Below are positions 28,193 through 38,439 of a stretch of 64,000 nt of DNA, in pieces; positions within the stretch are counted from its first letter, which is position 1; each line of letters starts with the position of its first letter. Under the pieces are notes generated by a model that was not told the DNA's origin, ran no database searches, and saw only the letters and a list, made by a program, of their open reading frames with translations. The translations under genes were made by a program, and so were the position numbers. The DNA lies in the NCBI RefSeq assembly GCF_028693505.1, contig NZ_JAQUVF010000011.1:832-64831 (forward strand), written 5' to 3'. The stretch is from Oscillibacter sp. (GTDB taxonomy: Bacteria; Bacillota; Clostridia; Oscillospirales; Oscillospiraceae).

Positions 28193-28203
28193 ATTTAGGT
28201 AAT

Positions 28204-28235
28204 AAAAAGCCCGGCGCGTCTGCGCCGGGCTTTTT
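28204..28235. terminator. Bidirectional intrinsic terminator
   Basis: AAAAAGCCCGGCGC-gtct-GCGCCGGGCTTTTT. Confidence 0.85.
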
Positions 28236-28284
28236 GTGCTCTTTGGGCAAATGCACTTTGCAAAGCGCATCTGTTCAGCGGGCA

Positions 28285-31200
28285 TTACATGAGGTTATAG
28301 AGGATTTTGGCCATCTGACCGCGGGTGATGTTGCTGTTTGGCTTAAAGCTGCCGTCGGTATAACCGCCGATGATGCCCTGCGCCGCCATGGTCTGGATAT
28401 AGTAGGCGGCATAGGCGGGAATCTTGGCCGCGTCCGTGAAGCTTAGCGCCGCCGCAGCATAGCCCTTTGCCTGTGTGCGGCCGATCATGGTGGCGGCCTG
28501 CGCCCGGGTGAGGCTGTTGCCGGGATTGAAGTAAATCTTTCCGTCCGGGCCGGTGGAACCGTTGATGATCCCTTCCGTGTAGAGCGCCTTGATGGCAGGC
28601 ACGGCGTAGTCCGCAATGGCCGCGTTATCCGCAAAGGGCAGCGTCACATCCGCGTACGCGCTCTCCTTCAGCCCCAGATACCGGTAGAGCATCACGGCGA
28701 ACTGCGCCCGGGTGATGTTCTGATTGGGCTGGAAGGTTCCGTTGGAATAGCCGGTGGTGACGCCGGAGTTATACAGGAAATCCACATAGGTAGCCGCCCA
28801 GTAGCCGTCAATATCCGTGAACTTATGCGCCACGCCGTAAGGCTCCACATCCACGGAGGAGCGGCCAATGTTGCCGGAGGCGTCCTTGGCGGTGACGGTG
28901 ACGCGCATGGCCTCGTAGCTTTCGCCGGGGCCGGGAAGCGAGAGCGTCACCTTGCCGGTGGCGGCGTCGTAGGTGAACGCGCTCTCGCTGCCGTTATACG
29001 TCACGCTGACGGCGCTCTTGGGCAGCACGCCGTCCACGGCGTCCTTCACGGTGGCGTTCACCTGCCAGTTGGCCTGATCCAGCGCGGCGGTGACGGCGGG
29101 GACCTCTTGGTCCACAGTGCCGCCGAAGGAGGCCACCAGGTGGTCAACATACACGGTACCTGCGCGGGCCGTGTCGGGATAGTCGGTGATGAAGTTGCCG
29201 AATCCGTCATCATAGACGTTGGCGCCGGTGGTGCTCACCCGCAGACCCTGCAAGGTAAAGTGCTGGTCGGGCAGCGTCACGGACACCTGCTTCCAGCCGG
29301 TAAAGTCCAGCGTGGTGACAGGCAGTGTCAGGTTTTCCTGCGTATCGTTGGCATACAGGAAGGTAAGCACGTTGCCGGAAGCGTCGCCATAGACCCAGAG
29401 ATTCAGGCTGGTATAGGGAATGGAGATCTCGGGGGCCGTGCCGTAGGTGCGCCACTGGGCGCTGTATCCAAGGTTTTCCGTCAGCGTGTAGTCCAGCGCT
29501 GCGGCGCCCCGGCCCAGCTTCACCTGTTCGCTGCCGGTGACACGGCGGAATTGCATGGAATCGCCGTTGCCGTCGGTGAAGATGGTCTGTTCGCTCTCGA
29601 AGTCCTCCACGGTCTTGAGGGCCACCTTGGAAACCGTCACCGCCACCACGGCGGATTTTCCGCCGGCGGAGACCGCAATGGTCCCGGTGCCGGGGGTCGT
29701 GGCGGTAAATTTGCCGGTTTGGTCAACGGTTCCGATATCGCCGGTGACCGTCCAGGTAAACGCCTCCGGATCGGCCTTGAGCGCAATGTGCCTGTACGCG
29801 GCGGAAGCGGAAAGCTGCGTGGTGGAACCGGGCGCCACGCCAAGGGTTGTGAGGATGGCGCTGCCGGCGTCGCGGACGGCCACGTTATCCGGGTCCGCGA
29901 TGGCGTTCACCGTGGTCGTTCCCGTCTTTCCGCCGCTGTCGGCAGTGACGGTGACCAGCCCGCCCTGCTTGGGGGTGGTCAGCACATTGCCGTCAAGCTC
30001 TCCGGCGTCGGCTTCCAGCTCATAGCTCTGATTCATGGGAATATAATTGGTATCCACCGCGGAGGCGGAGATATTCACCTTGCTGCCCGCCAGAACGTAG
30101 GCGTAATCCGCGCTGACATAGAAGTGGCTGAGATGGTCGGAGGGCTGGTTGTCGGATACCAGAAAGATCTGGTTGCTGACGGAGCGCTCGCCGCCGTCGG
30201 AAGGCTTGTTGATGGTCTTGGCGGTCCACTCATCCGGCTCCGTTACGGACAGCGTGGTGGAGCCGCCGCCATCGAGGCACAGCGCCGTGACACACCCCAG
30301 CTCGATGAGTCGCTGGGCCACCTGCGTGAGCGACGCGCCGATGGAATAGCCGGAGCGGCGGCCGTCAATGGTGTAAAACAGCAGCGAGCCGTCCGAGCGC
30401 TGGCCCACGGCGGTGCGGGGGCTGACGCCGGCGGCAAGACCCGGCGATACCGCGCCGTTTTCAACCAGCGCATAGAGTGCGCCCACACCGTTTTCCACGT
30501 TGTTCCACCCCTCGCTGGATGCGGTGGTGTTCAGCGTGATGGTGGTCCCCAGCGGCACATTGCGCAGCGCGTCGATATGATAGCTGTTAGACTGCTGGTT
30601 GACGGACAGCACCACCTGATTTTCTCCGATGGGCGTGGCGGAGGCACCCTCCAGCACCTGGTCCACCGTGAGGGTCAGCGTCCCGCCGATGGAGAGCTTT
30701 CCTTCTTGAATGGTGCACACCACATCCACCCCCGGCTCCGTGGTGCCGGTGGTGTGTTTGGCGTTGAAGTCATAAGTATAGAGGTAAATGCCGCCGGTGG
30801 ATACCCGGGCCTTATTGATGCCGGAGAGCTGGCGGATCACCTGCGTGGGCACCTCGTAGCTGTCCAGCAGCTGGTACCCCAGATCGGCGGAGACCTTCAA
30901 AGCGGGCTTGCCCATGATGGCTGTGCCGTCCGCATGGAAGCCGATGGCGTAATACCCGCCGTCGCTGCTGCGAATCTGTCCGTCGGCGACCACCATGCCG
31001 ATGGGAAGGCCGGTGCCGACATTGTAAAAGTCGCCATTGATGCCGGCCACCACCCGGTGCCCCTCTCCCTCCAGCTGCCGGGCCATGGAGGAGACCGTGT
31101 TCCGGTCCGTCAGGCTATTGCCGAAGGTGACAATGGGCGTCACGTTCTCACTGGGTGTATACGTAATCACATTCTCCGTCCGGAGATCCGAATACGCGGT

Positions 31201-31365
31201 ACTCCAGAACACGTTGGTGGAAAGCTGTGTCTGCTGATGCAGCAGCGTCTCCTTCACGGTCACATCCTCCCCCAGCGCGTTGGACGCGGCGGCGGAAAAG
31301 CTCACAGACCCCAAAAGGGACAGCGCCAGCAGCGCCGAGACGGATTTGCGAAAAAACTGTTTCAT
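28285..31365 (-). CDS. Secreted S-layer-anchored protein: phosphodiester glycosidase (NAGPA-like) domain, Ig-like and CBM-like regions, 3 SLH domains
   Basis: Signal peptide; AGINGDFY, PRTAVG, TIDGR and LDGGGSTT motifs; three C-terminal SLH repeats (ITRAQFA, LTRAQAA, ITRGQMA). Confidence 0.85.
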   Translation of the reverse strand: MKQFFRKSVSALLALSLLGSVSFSAAASNALGEDVTVKETLLHQQTQLSTNVFWSTAYSDLRTENVITYTPSENVTPIVTFGNSLTDRNTVSSMARQLEGEGHRVVAGINGDFYNVGTGLPIGMVVADGQIRSSDGGYYAIGFHADGTAIMGKPALKVSADLGYQLLDSYEVPTQVIRQLSGINKARVSTGGIYLYTYDFNAKHTTGTTEPGVDVVCTIQEGKLSIGGTLTLTVDQVLEGASATPIGENQVVLSVNQQSNSYHIDALRNVPLGTTITLNTTASSEGWNNVENGVGALYALVENGAVSPGLAAGVSPRTAVGQRSDGSLLFYTIDGRRSGYSIGASLTQVAQRLIELGCVTALCLDGGGSTTLSVTEPDEWTAKTINKPSDGGERSVSNQIFLVSDNQPSDHLSHFYVSADYAYVLAGSKVNISASAVDTNYIPMNQSYELEADAGELDGNVLTTPKQGGLVTVTADSGGKTGTTTVNAIADPDNVAVRDAGSAILTTLGVAPGSTTQLSASAAYRHIALKADPEAFTWTVTGDIGTVDQTGKFTATTPGTGTIAVSAGGKSAVVAVTVSKVALKTVEDFESEQTIFTDGNGDSMQFRRVTGSEQVKLGRGAAALDYTLTENLGYSAQWRTYGTAPEISIPYTSLNLWVYGDASGNVLTFLYANDTQENLTLPVTTLDFTGWKQVSVTLPDQHFTLQGLRVSTTGANVYDDGFGNFITDYPDTARAGTVYVDHLVASFGGTVDQEVPAVTAALDQANWQVNATVKDAVDGVLPKSAVSVTYNGSESAFTYDAATGKVTLSLPGPGESYEAMRVTVTAKDASGNIGRSSVDVEPYGVAHKFTDIDGYWAATYVDFLYNSGVTTGYSNGTFQPNQNITRAQFAVMLYRYLGLKESAYADVTLPFADNAAIADYAVPAIKALYTEGIINGSTGPDGKIYFNPGNSLTRAQAATMIGRTQAKGYAAAALSFTDAAKIPAYAAYYIQTMAAQGIIGGYTDGSFKPNSNITRGQMAKILYNLM

Positions 31366-31589
31366 AAATTGCCTCCAAAAGCTCAAAGCCAAGGTTACAT
31401 AACGTTTACCAGAATAACACAATCCGCATTCAAAGTAAATGTCAAAGAAGATACAAATTTTTGCCTTTCGTGGTAATGATTCTGTAAAAAGGACGTTTGG
31501 GAAAGCGGTTTCGTTCCACCAATCTTATTTTCTTCTTGGCGGGCGGAGGGTTCTGTATTACAATGGAAAAAAACAGAGGAGGGCCACCC

Positions 31590-31772
31590 ATGACCGTCAC
31601 CATCGATCCCGCCCGCTGCATCGGCTGCGGCATGTGCGCATTTACCGCGCCTGCCGTTTTTTGTATGAACGGCGCACATTCCACCGTTCTCGCCCAGCCT
31701 GACGGGCAGTCCTTCCGGGTGCTGGACGCCGCCAACGGCTGCCCGGTCAACGCCATCACGGTCCGCAAATAG
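31590..31772 (+). CDS. Small single-cluster ferredoxin
   Basis: CIGCGMC...CPVNAI motif; GAGGAGG RBS. Confidence 0.88.
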   Translation: MTVTIDPARCIGCGMCAFTAPAVFCMNGAHSTVLAQPDGQSFRVLDAANGCPVNAITVRK

Positions 31773-31774
31773 CC

Positions 31775-31807
31775 AAAAGAAGAGGAGCCTTACGGCTCCT
31801 CTTTTTT
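31775..31807. terminator. Intrinsic terminator
   Basis: AGAGGAGCC-ttac-GGCTCCTCT-TTTTT. Confidence 0.8.
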
Positions 31808-31850
31808 ATGATTCACACTCTGTAAAACCTCTGATTTTTCAGAAAGCTTT

Positions 31851-33107
31851 TCAGCACTTTTCAAAGACGGTGGCAACGCCCTGGCCGCCGCCGATGCACA
31901 GCGTGGCAAGACCCTTCTTGGCATCGTCGCGCTTTTGCATCTCGTGCAGCAGCGTGACAATGATCCGCGCACCGGAAGCGCCCACGGGGTGGCCCAGAGA
32001 GATGGCGCCGCCGTTGACGTTGACCTTCTTCATGTCGAAGTGCAGCTCGCGGGCCACAGCAATGGACTGTGCGGCAAAGGCCTCGTTGGCCTCCACCAGG
32101 TCGATATCCTCGATGGTCACGCCGGCCTTGGCCATGGCCTGACGGGAGGCAGGAACGGGACCGACGCCCATGATCTTGGGATCAACGCCGCCCTGGCCCC
32201 AGCCGATCAGCTTCGCCATGGGCTTGAGACCATACTTTTCAACGGCTTCGCCGGAGGCCAGAACGATGGCGGCAGCGCCGTCGTTGATGCCGGAGGCGGA
32301 GGCGGCGGTCACGCGGGGCGTGCCCTTGTCGGCGGCATCCTTGCAGCCGGTAGGCTCAAAGGTATGGACGACCTGAGGAGCGGGGGACTCGGGACCCACG
32401 GGGAAGGCGCCCTTCATCTTGGCAACGCCCGCCATGGTGGTGCCGGCGCGGGGGAACTCGTCCTTCTTGAATTCCACGATGTCCTTTTTGACCTTCACGG
32501 GAACGGGAACAATCTCGTCGTCGAATCTGCCGGAAGTCTGCGCGGTCTCGGTCTTATTCTGAGAGGAGACGGCGAACTCGTCCAGCTCTTCGCGGGTGAT
32601 GCCCCAGATATCGCAGATGTTCTCTGCGGTGGTGCCCATGTGATAGTTGTTGAACGCATCCCACAAGCCGTCTTTGATCATGGTGTCCACCAGCTTCTTG
32701 TCGCCCATACGAGCGCCCCAGCGGGCGTCGGGAGCGGCATAGGGCGCAGCGGACATATTCTCGGTGCCGCCGCAGACAATGACGTCGGCGTCGCCGGCGA
32801 GGATGGAACGGGCGCCCTCGATCATGGACTTCATGCCGGAGCCGCACACCATGCCCACGGTGTAAGAGGGGACAGAGAAGGGAATGCCTGCCTTCACGGC
32901 GACCTGACGGGCGACGTTCTGGCCCTGAGCCGTGGTCAACACGCAGCCGAACATGACCTCATCCACCTGCTCGGGGCTTACACCGGCACGCTTGAGGGCT
33001 TCCTTGACGGCAATCGCGCCAAGCTCAGCGGCGGGCGTGTTCTTCAGCGCACCGCCAAAAGAACCGATCGCAGTTCTGCAGCAATTTACAACATAAAGAT
33101 CTTTCAT
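31851..33107 (-). CDS. thlA: Acetyl-CoA C-acetyltransferase (thiolase)
   Basis: VCGSGMK (catalytic Cys), NEAFAAQ, GHPVGASG and LCIGGG motifs. Confidence 0.95.
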   Translation of the reverse strand: MKDLYVVNCCRTAIGSFGGALKNTPAAELGAIAVKEALKRAGVSPEQVDEVMFGCVLTTAQGQNVARQVAVKAGIPFSVPSYTVGMVCGSGMKSMIEGARSILAGDADVIVCGGTENMSAAPYAAPDARWGARMGDKKLVDTMIKDGLWDAFNNYHMGTTAENICDIWGITREELDEFAVSSQNKTETAQTSGRFDDEIVPVPVKVKKDIVEFKKDEFPRAGTTMAGVAKMKGAFPVGPESPAPQVVHTFEPTGCKDAADKGTPRVTAASASGINDGAAAIVLASGEAVEKYGLKPMAKLIGWGQGGVDPKIMGVGPVPASRQAMAKAGVTIEDIDLVEANEAFAAQSIAVARELHFDMKKVNVNGGAISLGHPVGASGARIIVTLLHEMQKRDDAKKGLATLCIGGGQGVATVFEKC

Positions 33108-33180
33108 GGTGTTCCTCCGTTTTATAAAGTATTTGATTGGCGATCATCTCTCGCCCTGCATCTTTTTTCGCGGGTCCACT

Positions 33181-33321
33181 TTGTCAAAAGCTTGACATGA
33201 TTGCTAATTTTTTGACAATTATGTAGATGGCTTGTATTTCTGTTTTTTATTATAATGGGTTTCCTCCCCCGCGTCAATGACAAACTTCCCGTTCTTTGAA
33301 ATTTTGTTAAATATTTATCAA
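33181..33321. promoter_or_regulatory. Three Rex-like operator boxes upstream of thiolase
   Basis: TTGTCAA-N4-TTGACAT (33181-33198), TTGCTAA-N4-TTGACAA (33201-33218) and TTGTTAA-N4-TTATCAA (33304-33321), compared with the clostridial Rex consensus TTGTTAA-N4-TTAACAA. Confidence 0.6.
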
Positions 33322-33325
33322 AATA

Positions 33326-33561
33326 GGCATGGTTTTCGTCACCTTGACGAAAACCATGCCCTCAGCTTGCCGAAAACTTCTTTTCGGCAAGCTGAGCAAG
33401 ATTTTTTGAACCTCTTGAAGTTCAAAAAACTTCTGATTGAAAACGAAAGACACCCTTCCTGGGTTTCTTTCGTAACTATTTTCCTTCCCGTTTTTGGGGT
33501 CATCAGGGTCTGCTGGCAGACTGCGGGCATGGTTTTCGTCACCTTGACGAAAACCATGCCC
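33326..33561. mobile_element. 161-bp MITE-like element, copy B (33363-33523), flanked by a perfect 36-bp duplicated palindrome
   Basis: GGCATGGTTTTCGTCACCTTGACGAAAACCATGCCC at 33326-33361 and 33526-33561; shares the core with copies A and C. Confidence 0.82.
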
Positions 33562-33581
33562 CACTCTACTCAGCTATTCGC

Positions 33582-34616
33582 TCAGCTATCCGCGCTCTCC
33601 CGCAGGCTTTGCAGCTTCTCAAAAAAATCGGCGGGATCAATTTTTTGATAGGCCTCCGCCTCTTCCACCACCGCGCCTTTGGCGGCCTCCTCCAGCAGGG
33701 AATCGAAGTACTCCCCCAGAATCACAGCGGAATCCACCGGCAGCCGCCGCAAAATGGAAAAGCCCTCCTCGGACTCCAGAATCCCGGAGCACTGCCCCTC
33801 CTCCAGCGTGGCGGCGGCCTCCTCCAGCGCGCTGGAGAGCGCGCCGTCCCCCACCGTCACCGTCCTTGGACCCTTTGGATCATCCCCCGCCGCGGAGAGC
33901 GCGGCAAACAGCGAGGCCTGATCCTCCGCGCTGTTGAGCTGGGAAAACAATTCCGCCGCCCGCTGCTGAGCCGCCGCCCGGTCGTCCTTGACGGCCACCA
34001 GAATGCGGTCCAGCGTCATCCGCTTCTCCTTCTCGGCAAAGGCCTTGAGGGCCGCCGGGTCCGGCGCGAGCGCGCTGCCCGGTGTTTGACACTGTGCAAA
34101 GAGTTTGGCGTACAGCCCCCCCACGCCTTGAAGCTCCTCCATGCGCTCCCGGTTCAGTCCCCGGTCCCGCAATTTGCGCAAAAACGCATCTTCTCCGTCC
34201 TTTGTCTCCTCGGCCCAGTCGCCCTCCAGCGCCTCCCGGTCGCTCTCACTCAGTGCGCAGCCGTACTTTACCGCCCAGTTTTCCACCGTGGCATACAGGG
34301 CCGTATTCGCCAAGGCCTGGTCTCTTGCATAGTCCGCAAGCGTTCCGCCGGTCACCGGCGTGTTCCAGTCCAGCCGCAGCCCCGCCTTTTCGTACTGCTC
34401 CTGAATCCCGTCGCAGGTATCCGCCAGCCAGTAAAGATACCGCCACGCGCTCACTTTTCGCCCGTCCACCGTCACCAGCACCGCCGTCTCCTCCAAGTCG
34501 GCGGCCTCTCCCAAAAATGAGGTCTGGCTCTGGTCGCTCCCCTTCCCGCCGCAGGCGGTCAAAAAAAGGCACACTCCCAGAGCCAGCGCACACACGCATT
34601 TTTTCAAGGCGCTCAC
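33582..34616 (-). CDS. PrsA/SurA-like lipoprotein (parvulin-like foldase region)
   Basis: Lipobox LTAC, SurA-like helical N-domain, RILV and SGILESEEGFSILRR parvulin-like motifs. GTG start inferred. Confidence 0.7.
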   Translation of the reverse strand: MSALKKCVCALALGVCLFLTACGGKGSDQSQTSFLGEAADLEETAVLVTVDGRKVSAWRYLYWLADTCDGIQEQYEKAGLRLDWNTPVTGGTLADYARDQALANTALYATVENWAVKYGCALSESDREALEGDWAEETKDGEDAFLRKLRDRGLNRERMEELQGVGGLYAKLFAQCQTPGSALAPDPAALKAFAEKEKRMTLDRILVAVKDDRAAAQQRAAELFSQLNSAEDQASLFAALSAAGDDPKGPRTVTVGDGALSSALEEAAATLEEGQCSGILESEEGFSILRRLPVDSAVILGEYFDSLLEEAAKGAVVEEAEAYQKIDPADFFEKLQSLRESADS

Positions 34617-34736
34617 TCCTCTCCCCCCAAGGTTGTCCATCCATGTGTATGCGGGGAAGGGGCGTATCATGCCTTGTTTCGTTTTTTCAAAAGCCGTGCC
34701 CGCTCCGGCGCGGGCGGCGCTTTGTGCGAGAGATAC

Positions 34737-37700
34737 TTAACCGGCGGCCAGCTTCAAATCCTCCACCAGCGTCAAAGCTGTCTCCAGCACGTCCTCGCCG
34801 GGCTTGAGCTTCAGCGTGAGGGCCGGATTCTCGCCTGCGGCCAGACTCAGTCGGTATTTGTATTTCGTCTGGGCGCACACGGCAACCAGGCTCTCCGGCC
34901 GGAACAGGGCCAGCTGGAAGCGCAGAAGGTCTTTCTTCTGCGAAATATCGGAGATCCCGGCCTTGGCGGCGGCGGCGCGCAAAAGCGCCACATCCAGCAG
35001 CGCCAGCACGGACTTTGGCGCCTCGCCGTAGCGGTCCAGCAGCTCGTCCAGCACCTCGGAGGCGTCGTCGTTGCTGCGGATGGCGGCAATGCGGCGGTAG
35101 AGGTCCATCCGCTGCTCGGGCGCGGGCACATACCGCTCCGGAATGTTGGCGCTGACGGTAAGGTCGGCGGAGCACTCCGTCTCGATCTGCTTTTCCTCGC
35201 CCCGCTCTTCCAAAACGGCCTCTTCCAGCAGCTTCAAATAGAGATCGTAGCCCACGCTCATCAAATAGCCGGACTGCTCCGGTCCCAGCAGATTTCCCGC
35301 CCCGCGAATCTCCAGATCCCGCATGGCGATCTTGAAGCCGGAGCCGAACTCCACATATTCCCGAATGGCGGAAAGCCGTTTGGAGGCCACCTCCTGCAAA
35401 ATTTTGCCCTTGCGGAAGGTCAGATACGCATACGCCCGTCGGGCGCTGCGTCCGATCCGGCCCCGGATCTGGTGGAGCTGGGCAAGGCCCAGACGGTCCG
35501 CGTCCTCGATGATGAGGGTGTTGACGTTGGGGATGTCGATGCCGGTTTCGATGATGGTGGTGCACACCAGAATGTCCGCCTCGCCGTCTACCATGGCCTG
35601 CATCACGCCGGAGAGCTCCTGCTCCCCCATTTTGCCGTGGCCCGTCACCACTCTGGCCTCGGGACCCAGCATTTTCTGGATACGGGAGGCGGTGAGGTCA
35701 ATGCTCTCCACCCGGTTGTGGAGGTAATAGATCTGCCCGCCGCGGCCCAGCTCCTTGCGCATGGCGTCCTCCAGAATGGCCCAATCGTGCTCCAGCACAT
35801 AGGTTTGGACCGGTTGGCGGTCGGCGGGGGGCTCTTCGATGGTGGACATGTCCCGCAGGCCGGAGAGGGCCATGTTCAGCGTGCGGGGAATGGGCGTGGC
35901 CGTCAGCGTCAGCACGTCCACCTGCCGGGACATCTCCTTGAGGCGCTCCTTGTGAGTCACGCCAAAGCGCTGTTCCTCGTCAATGACCAAGAGGCCCAGA
36001 TTGTGGAATTCCACGCCCTTTTGCAGCAGCTTGTGGGTGCCGATCAAAAGGTCTATGGCCCCTCGCTTTGCCGCGTCCAGAATCCGCTTTTGCTCCTTGG
36101 GCGTTGTAAAGCGGGAGAGGACCTCGATCTTCACGGGAAAGTCCTTAAAGCGACCGGAGGCGGTGGCGTAGTGCTGCTGAGCCAAAACCGTGGTGGGCAC
36201 CAGAATGGCCGCCTGCTTGCCGTCCAGCACGCATTTCATCACCGCCCGAAGCGCCACCTCCGTCTTGCCGTAGCCCACGTCGCCGCAGAGAAGGCGGTCC
36301 ATGGGCCGCTGCTTTTCCATGTCCTTTTTGATGTCTGCAGTGGCGCGGAGCTGATCGTCCGTCTCCGTATAGGGGAAGGACTCCTCAAATTCCATCTGCC
36401 AGGGAGAGTCCGGCGAAAAGGCGAAGCCGGGGCGGCGCTGCCGCTCGGCATAGAGGGCGGTGAGGCCCTTGGCAAGGTCCTTGGCCGCCTTTTTCGCCTT
36501 GCTCTTTTGCTTGGCCCACTCGGTGCCGCCCAGCTTATTGAGCTTTTGCCGCTCCTGCTCCTCCCCGCCGCCGATGTATTTGGAGACCATGTCCAGCTGC
36601 GTGGCGGGCACATACAGGCAGTCGCCCCCGGCGTAGTCGAGCTTGATATAGTCCTTTTCCACCCCGTCCACCGGCAGACGCTGAATGCCCGCAAACCGCC
36701 CGATGCCGTGATGGACGTGGACCACCAGATCCCCCGGCGACAGGTCCGTGTAGGACTGGACCTTTTGCCGGTTGGATTCCTTCTTCAGCTTCGCCCGCTT
36801 TTGGGGCGCGGCGGTGAGCTGGCCCTCGGTCAGCACCGCCAGCTTCAAAACCGGCCATTCGCAGCCGGCGGAGAGCGCGCCCAGCGAGATGCGCACCTCG
36901 CCGGGGACAGGCATCGCCGCGTTTTTCAAATCCAGCACGGCGGGAATCTCCCGCTCCTCCAGCAGTCGCTGCAGATTCTTCGCCCGACTCTCTCCGCCGC
37001 ACAGCAGCAACACCGCCCGGCCGTTTTTGCGGTACTGCTCCAGATCGCTCACCGCCGTCTCCAGGCTGCCGCCGTAGGAGCTGAGCTGGCGGGCGTTCAT
37101 GGAGAGCAGACCCTTGGGCTGGAGCGGGTGGCGGGAGATGGGCAGCGAATCCGTCATCACCACCGGAAATTCCTCCAGCGCGCCGTAAAACTCCTCGCCG
37201 GAGAGGCACAGGTGGGCATACTCCCCCGCCACCAATCCCACCTCCATCAGCGCTTCCAGATCCTGCCGGAGGGTCAGCAGCGTTGCCTTGACCCGCTCAT
37301 CCACCCGTCCGCTCTCGCACAAAAACACCACGGCGTCTTTGGGCAGATAGTGGACGCCCGCTGTAAGCTCCGGATAGACAGCGGCAAGATAGCGGTCCAT
37401 GCCGCCGGGCTCCGCCCCGTTTTTCAGTTTTTCCGCATCCTCCCGCAGCCGGGCGACGGCAGCTTCCGTCTTTTGCTTTTTGGAAAGCTTCTCCGCCAGC
37501 GCGGAGAGCTTCTCGCCAAGGCCCGCAAGCCCGCCCTGCGCACAGTGGGGCAGCACCTCCGCCGCCGGCAGCAGCAGCGCGGACTTCACGTTGGCGGTCC
37601 GCCGCTGGGTGCCGGGGTCAAAGGCGCCCATGGAGTCAATTTCATCGTCAAAAAATTCGCACCGCACTGGCTGGTCCATCAGGGGGGAAAACACGTCCAA

Positions 37701-38237
37701 AATGCCGCCCCGCAGCGCAAACTGGCCCACGCCCTCCACCTGCTGGCACCGGGTATATCCGGCAGAGAGCAGCTTTTCCGTCAGGTCCTTGAGGTCGGCC
37801 CTGCCGCCCACCTTCAGCGCCACCGCCAAGTCCTTGAGGAGCTTGGGGGGCAGCGTTCTGGCCATCAGCGCGTCGGCAGTGGTGACCGCCACGCGACTCT
37901 TCCCCCGGGAGAGCGCATGCAGCGCCGCCAAACGGCCACGCTCCCATTCCCGAGAGGAGACCGCGCCGGGGCGAAACTGCCACTCCCGGGGCAAAAGCAG
38001 CACCGGCTCCTCCCCCGTGAGCGTCCGCAGATCCCCCGCCAGCTGGCGGACCTCCCGCTCGTCTCCGCAGACGAACACGGCGGGACGGTCCGTGGCCCGG
38101 GCCAGCGCGGCCCCCACGCAGGCCCGCTGCACCGGCTGAAGGCCGCTGACCGCTGCGGGACAGCCGCCCTCGTCCACCCGGCGAATCAGCTCCCTTACCT
38201 CGCCAATCGTTTGTAATTGTTGCAGGAAGTGTTCCAT
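34737..38237 (-). CDS. mfd: Transcription-repair coupling factor
   Basis: UvrB-like N-terminus, CarD/TRCF RID ([12 protein letters not shown]), [28 protein letters not shown] and C-terminal TRCF domain. Confidence 0.97.
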   Translation of the reverse strand: MEHFLQQLQTIGEVRELIRRVDEGGCPAAVSGLQPVQRACVGAALARATDRPAVFVCGDEREVRQLAGDLRTLTGEEPVLLLPREWQFRPGAVSSREWERGRLAALHALSRGKSRVAVTTADALMARTLPPKLLKDLAVALKVGGRADLKDLTEKLLSAGYTRCQQVEGVGQFALRGGILDVFSPLMDQPVRCEFFDDEIDSMGAFDPGTQRRTANVKSALLLPAAEVLPHCAQGGLAGLGEKLSALAEKLSKKQKTEAAVARLREDAEKLKNGAEPGGMDRYLAAVYPELTAGVHYLPKDAVVFLCESGRVDERVKATLLTLRQDLEALMEVGLVAGEYAHLCLSGEEFYGALEEFPVVMTDSLPISRHPLQPKGLLSMNARQLSSYGGSLETAVSDLEQYRKNGRAVLLLCGGESRAKNLQRLLEEREIPAVLDLKNAAMPVPGEVRISLGALSAGCEWPVLKLAVLTEGQLTAAPQKRAKLKKESNRQKVQSYTDLSPGDLVVHVHHGIGRFAGIQRLPVDGVEKDYIKLDYAGGDCLYVPATQLDMVSKYIGGGEEQERQKLNKLGGTEWAKQKSKAKKAAKDLAKGLTALYAERQRRPGFAFSPDSPWQMEFEESFPYTETDDQLRATADIKKDMEKQRPMDRLLCGDVGYGKTEVALRAVMKCVLDGKQAAILVPTTVLAQQHYATASGRFKDFPVKIEVLSRFTTPKEQKRILDAAKRGAIDLLIGTHKLLQKGVEFHNLGLLVIDEEQRFGVTHKERLKEMSRQVDVLTLTATPIPRTLNMALSGLRDMSTIEEPPADRQPVQTYVLEHDWAILEDAMRKELGRGGQIYYLHNRVESIDLTASRIQKMLGPEARVVTGHGKMGEQELSGVMQAMVDGEADILVCTTIIETGIDIPNVNTLIIEDADRLGLAQLHQIRGRIGRSARRAYAYLTFRKGKILQEVASKRLSAIREYVEFGSGFKIAMRDLEIRGAGNLLGPEQSGYLMSVGYDLYLKLLEEAVLEERGEEKQIETECSADLTVSANIPERYVPAPEQRMDLYRRIAAIRSNDDASEVLDELLDRYGEAPKSVLALLDVALLRAAAAKAGISDISQKKDLLRFQLALFRPESLVAVCAQTKYKYRLSLAAGENPALTLKLKPGEDVLETALTLVEDLKLAAG

Positions 38238-38439
38238 AACGCCCTGCCCCCTGTCAAAATTTGGAAATTGATATGCGCACGCAGCCCGCACCGCGCCGCA
38301 AGGGGCAGGGTGTGGGTATCCTCCGTGTGCAAAGGGCAATGCGCCCCGGACACACGGAGGGTGGTGTGTCTTGATGCAATTTTATGCGCTTTGCGTCAAG
38401 AAGTTGCAAGCGGAATCCGGCCCACGCGGGCCGGACGTC

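Noticed and set aside
33326-33561. Mini-CRISPR interpretation of 36-bp palindromic direct repeats
   Set aside because: The flanking repeats differ at each locus while the 161-bp interior is conserved, the opposite of a CRISPR array.
34674-38216. 1180-aa plus-strand ORF, and similar long ORFs such as 28825-31476, 49235-50908 and 22756-23914
   Set aside because: These are antisense or alternate-frame shadows of well-supported genes (mfd, SLH protein, phoR, ABC exporter). They are expected in high-GC coding DNA and show no recognisable motifs or RBS.
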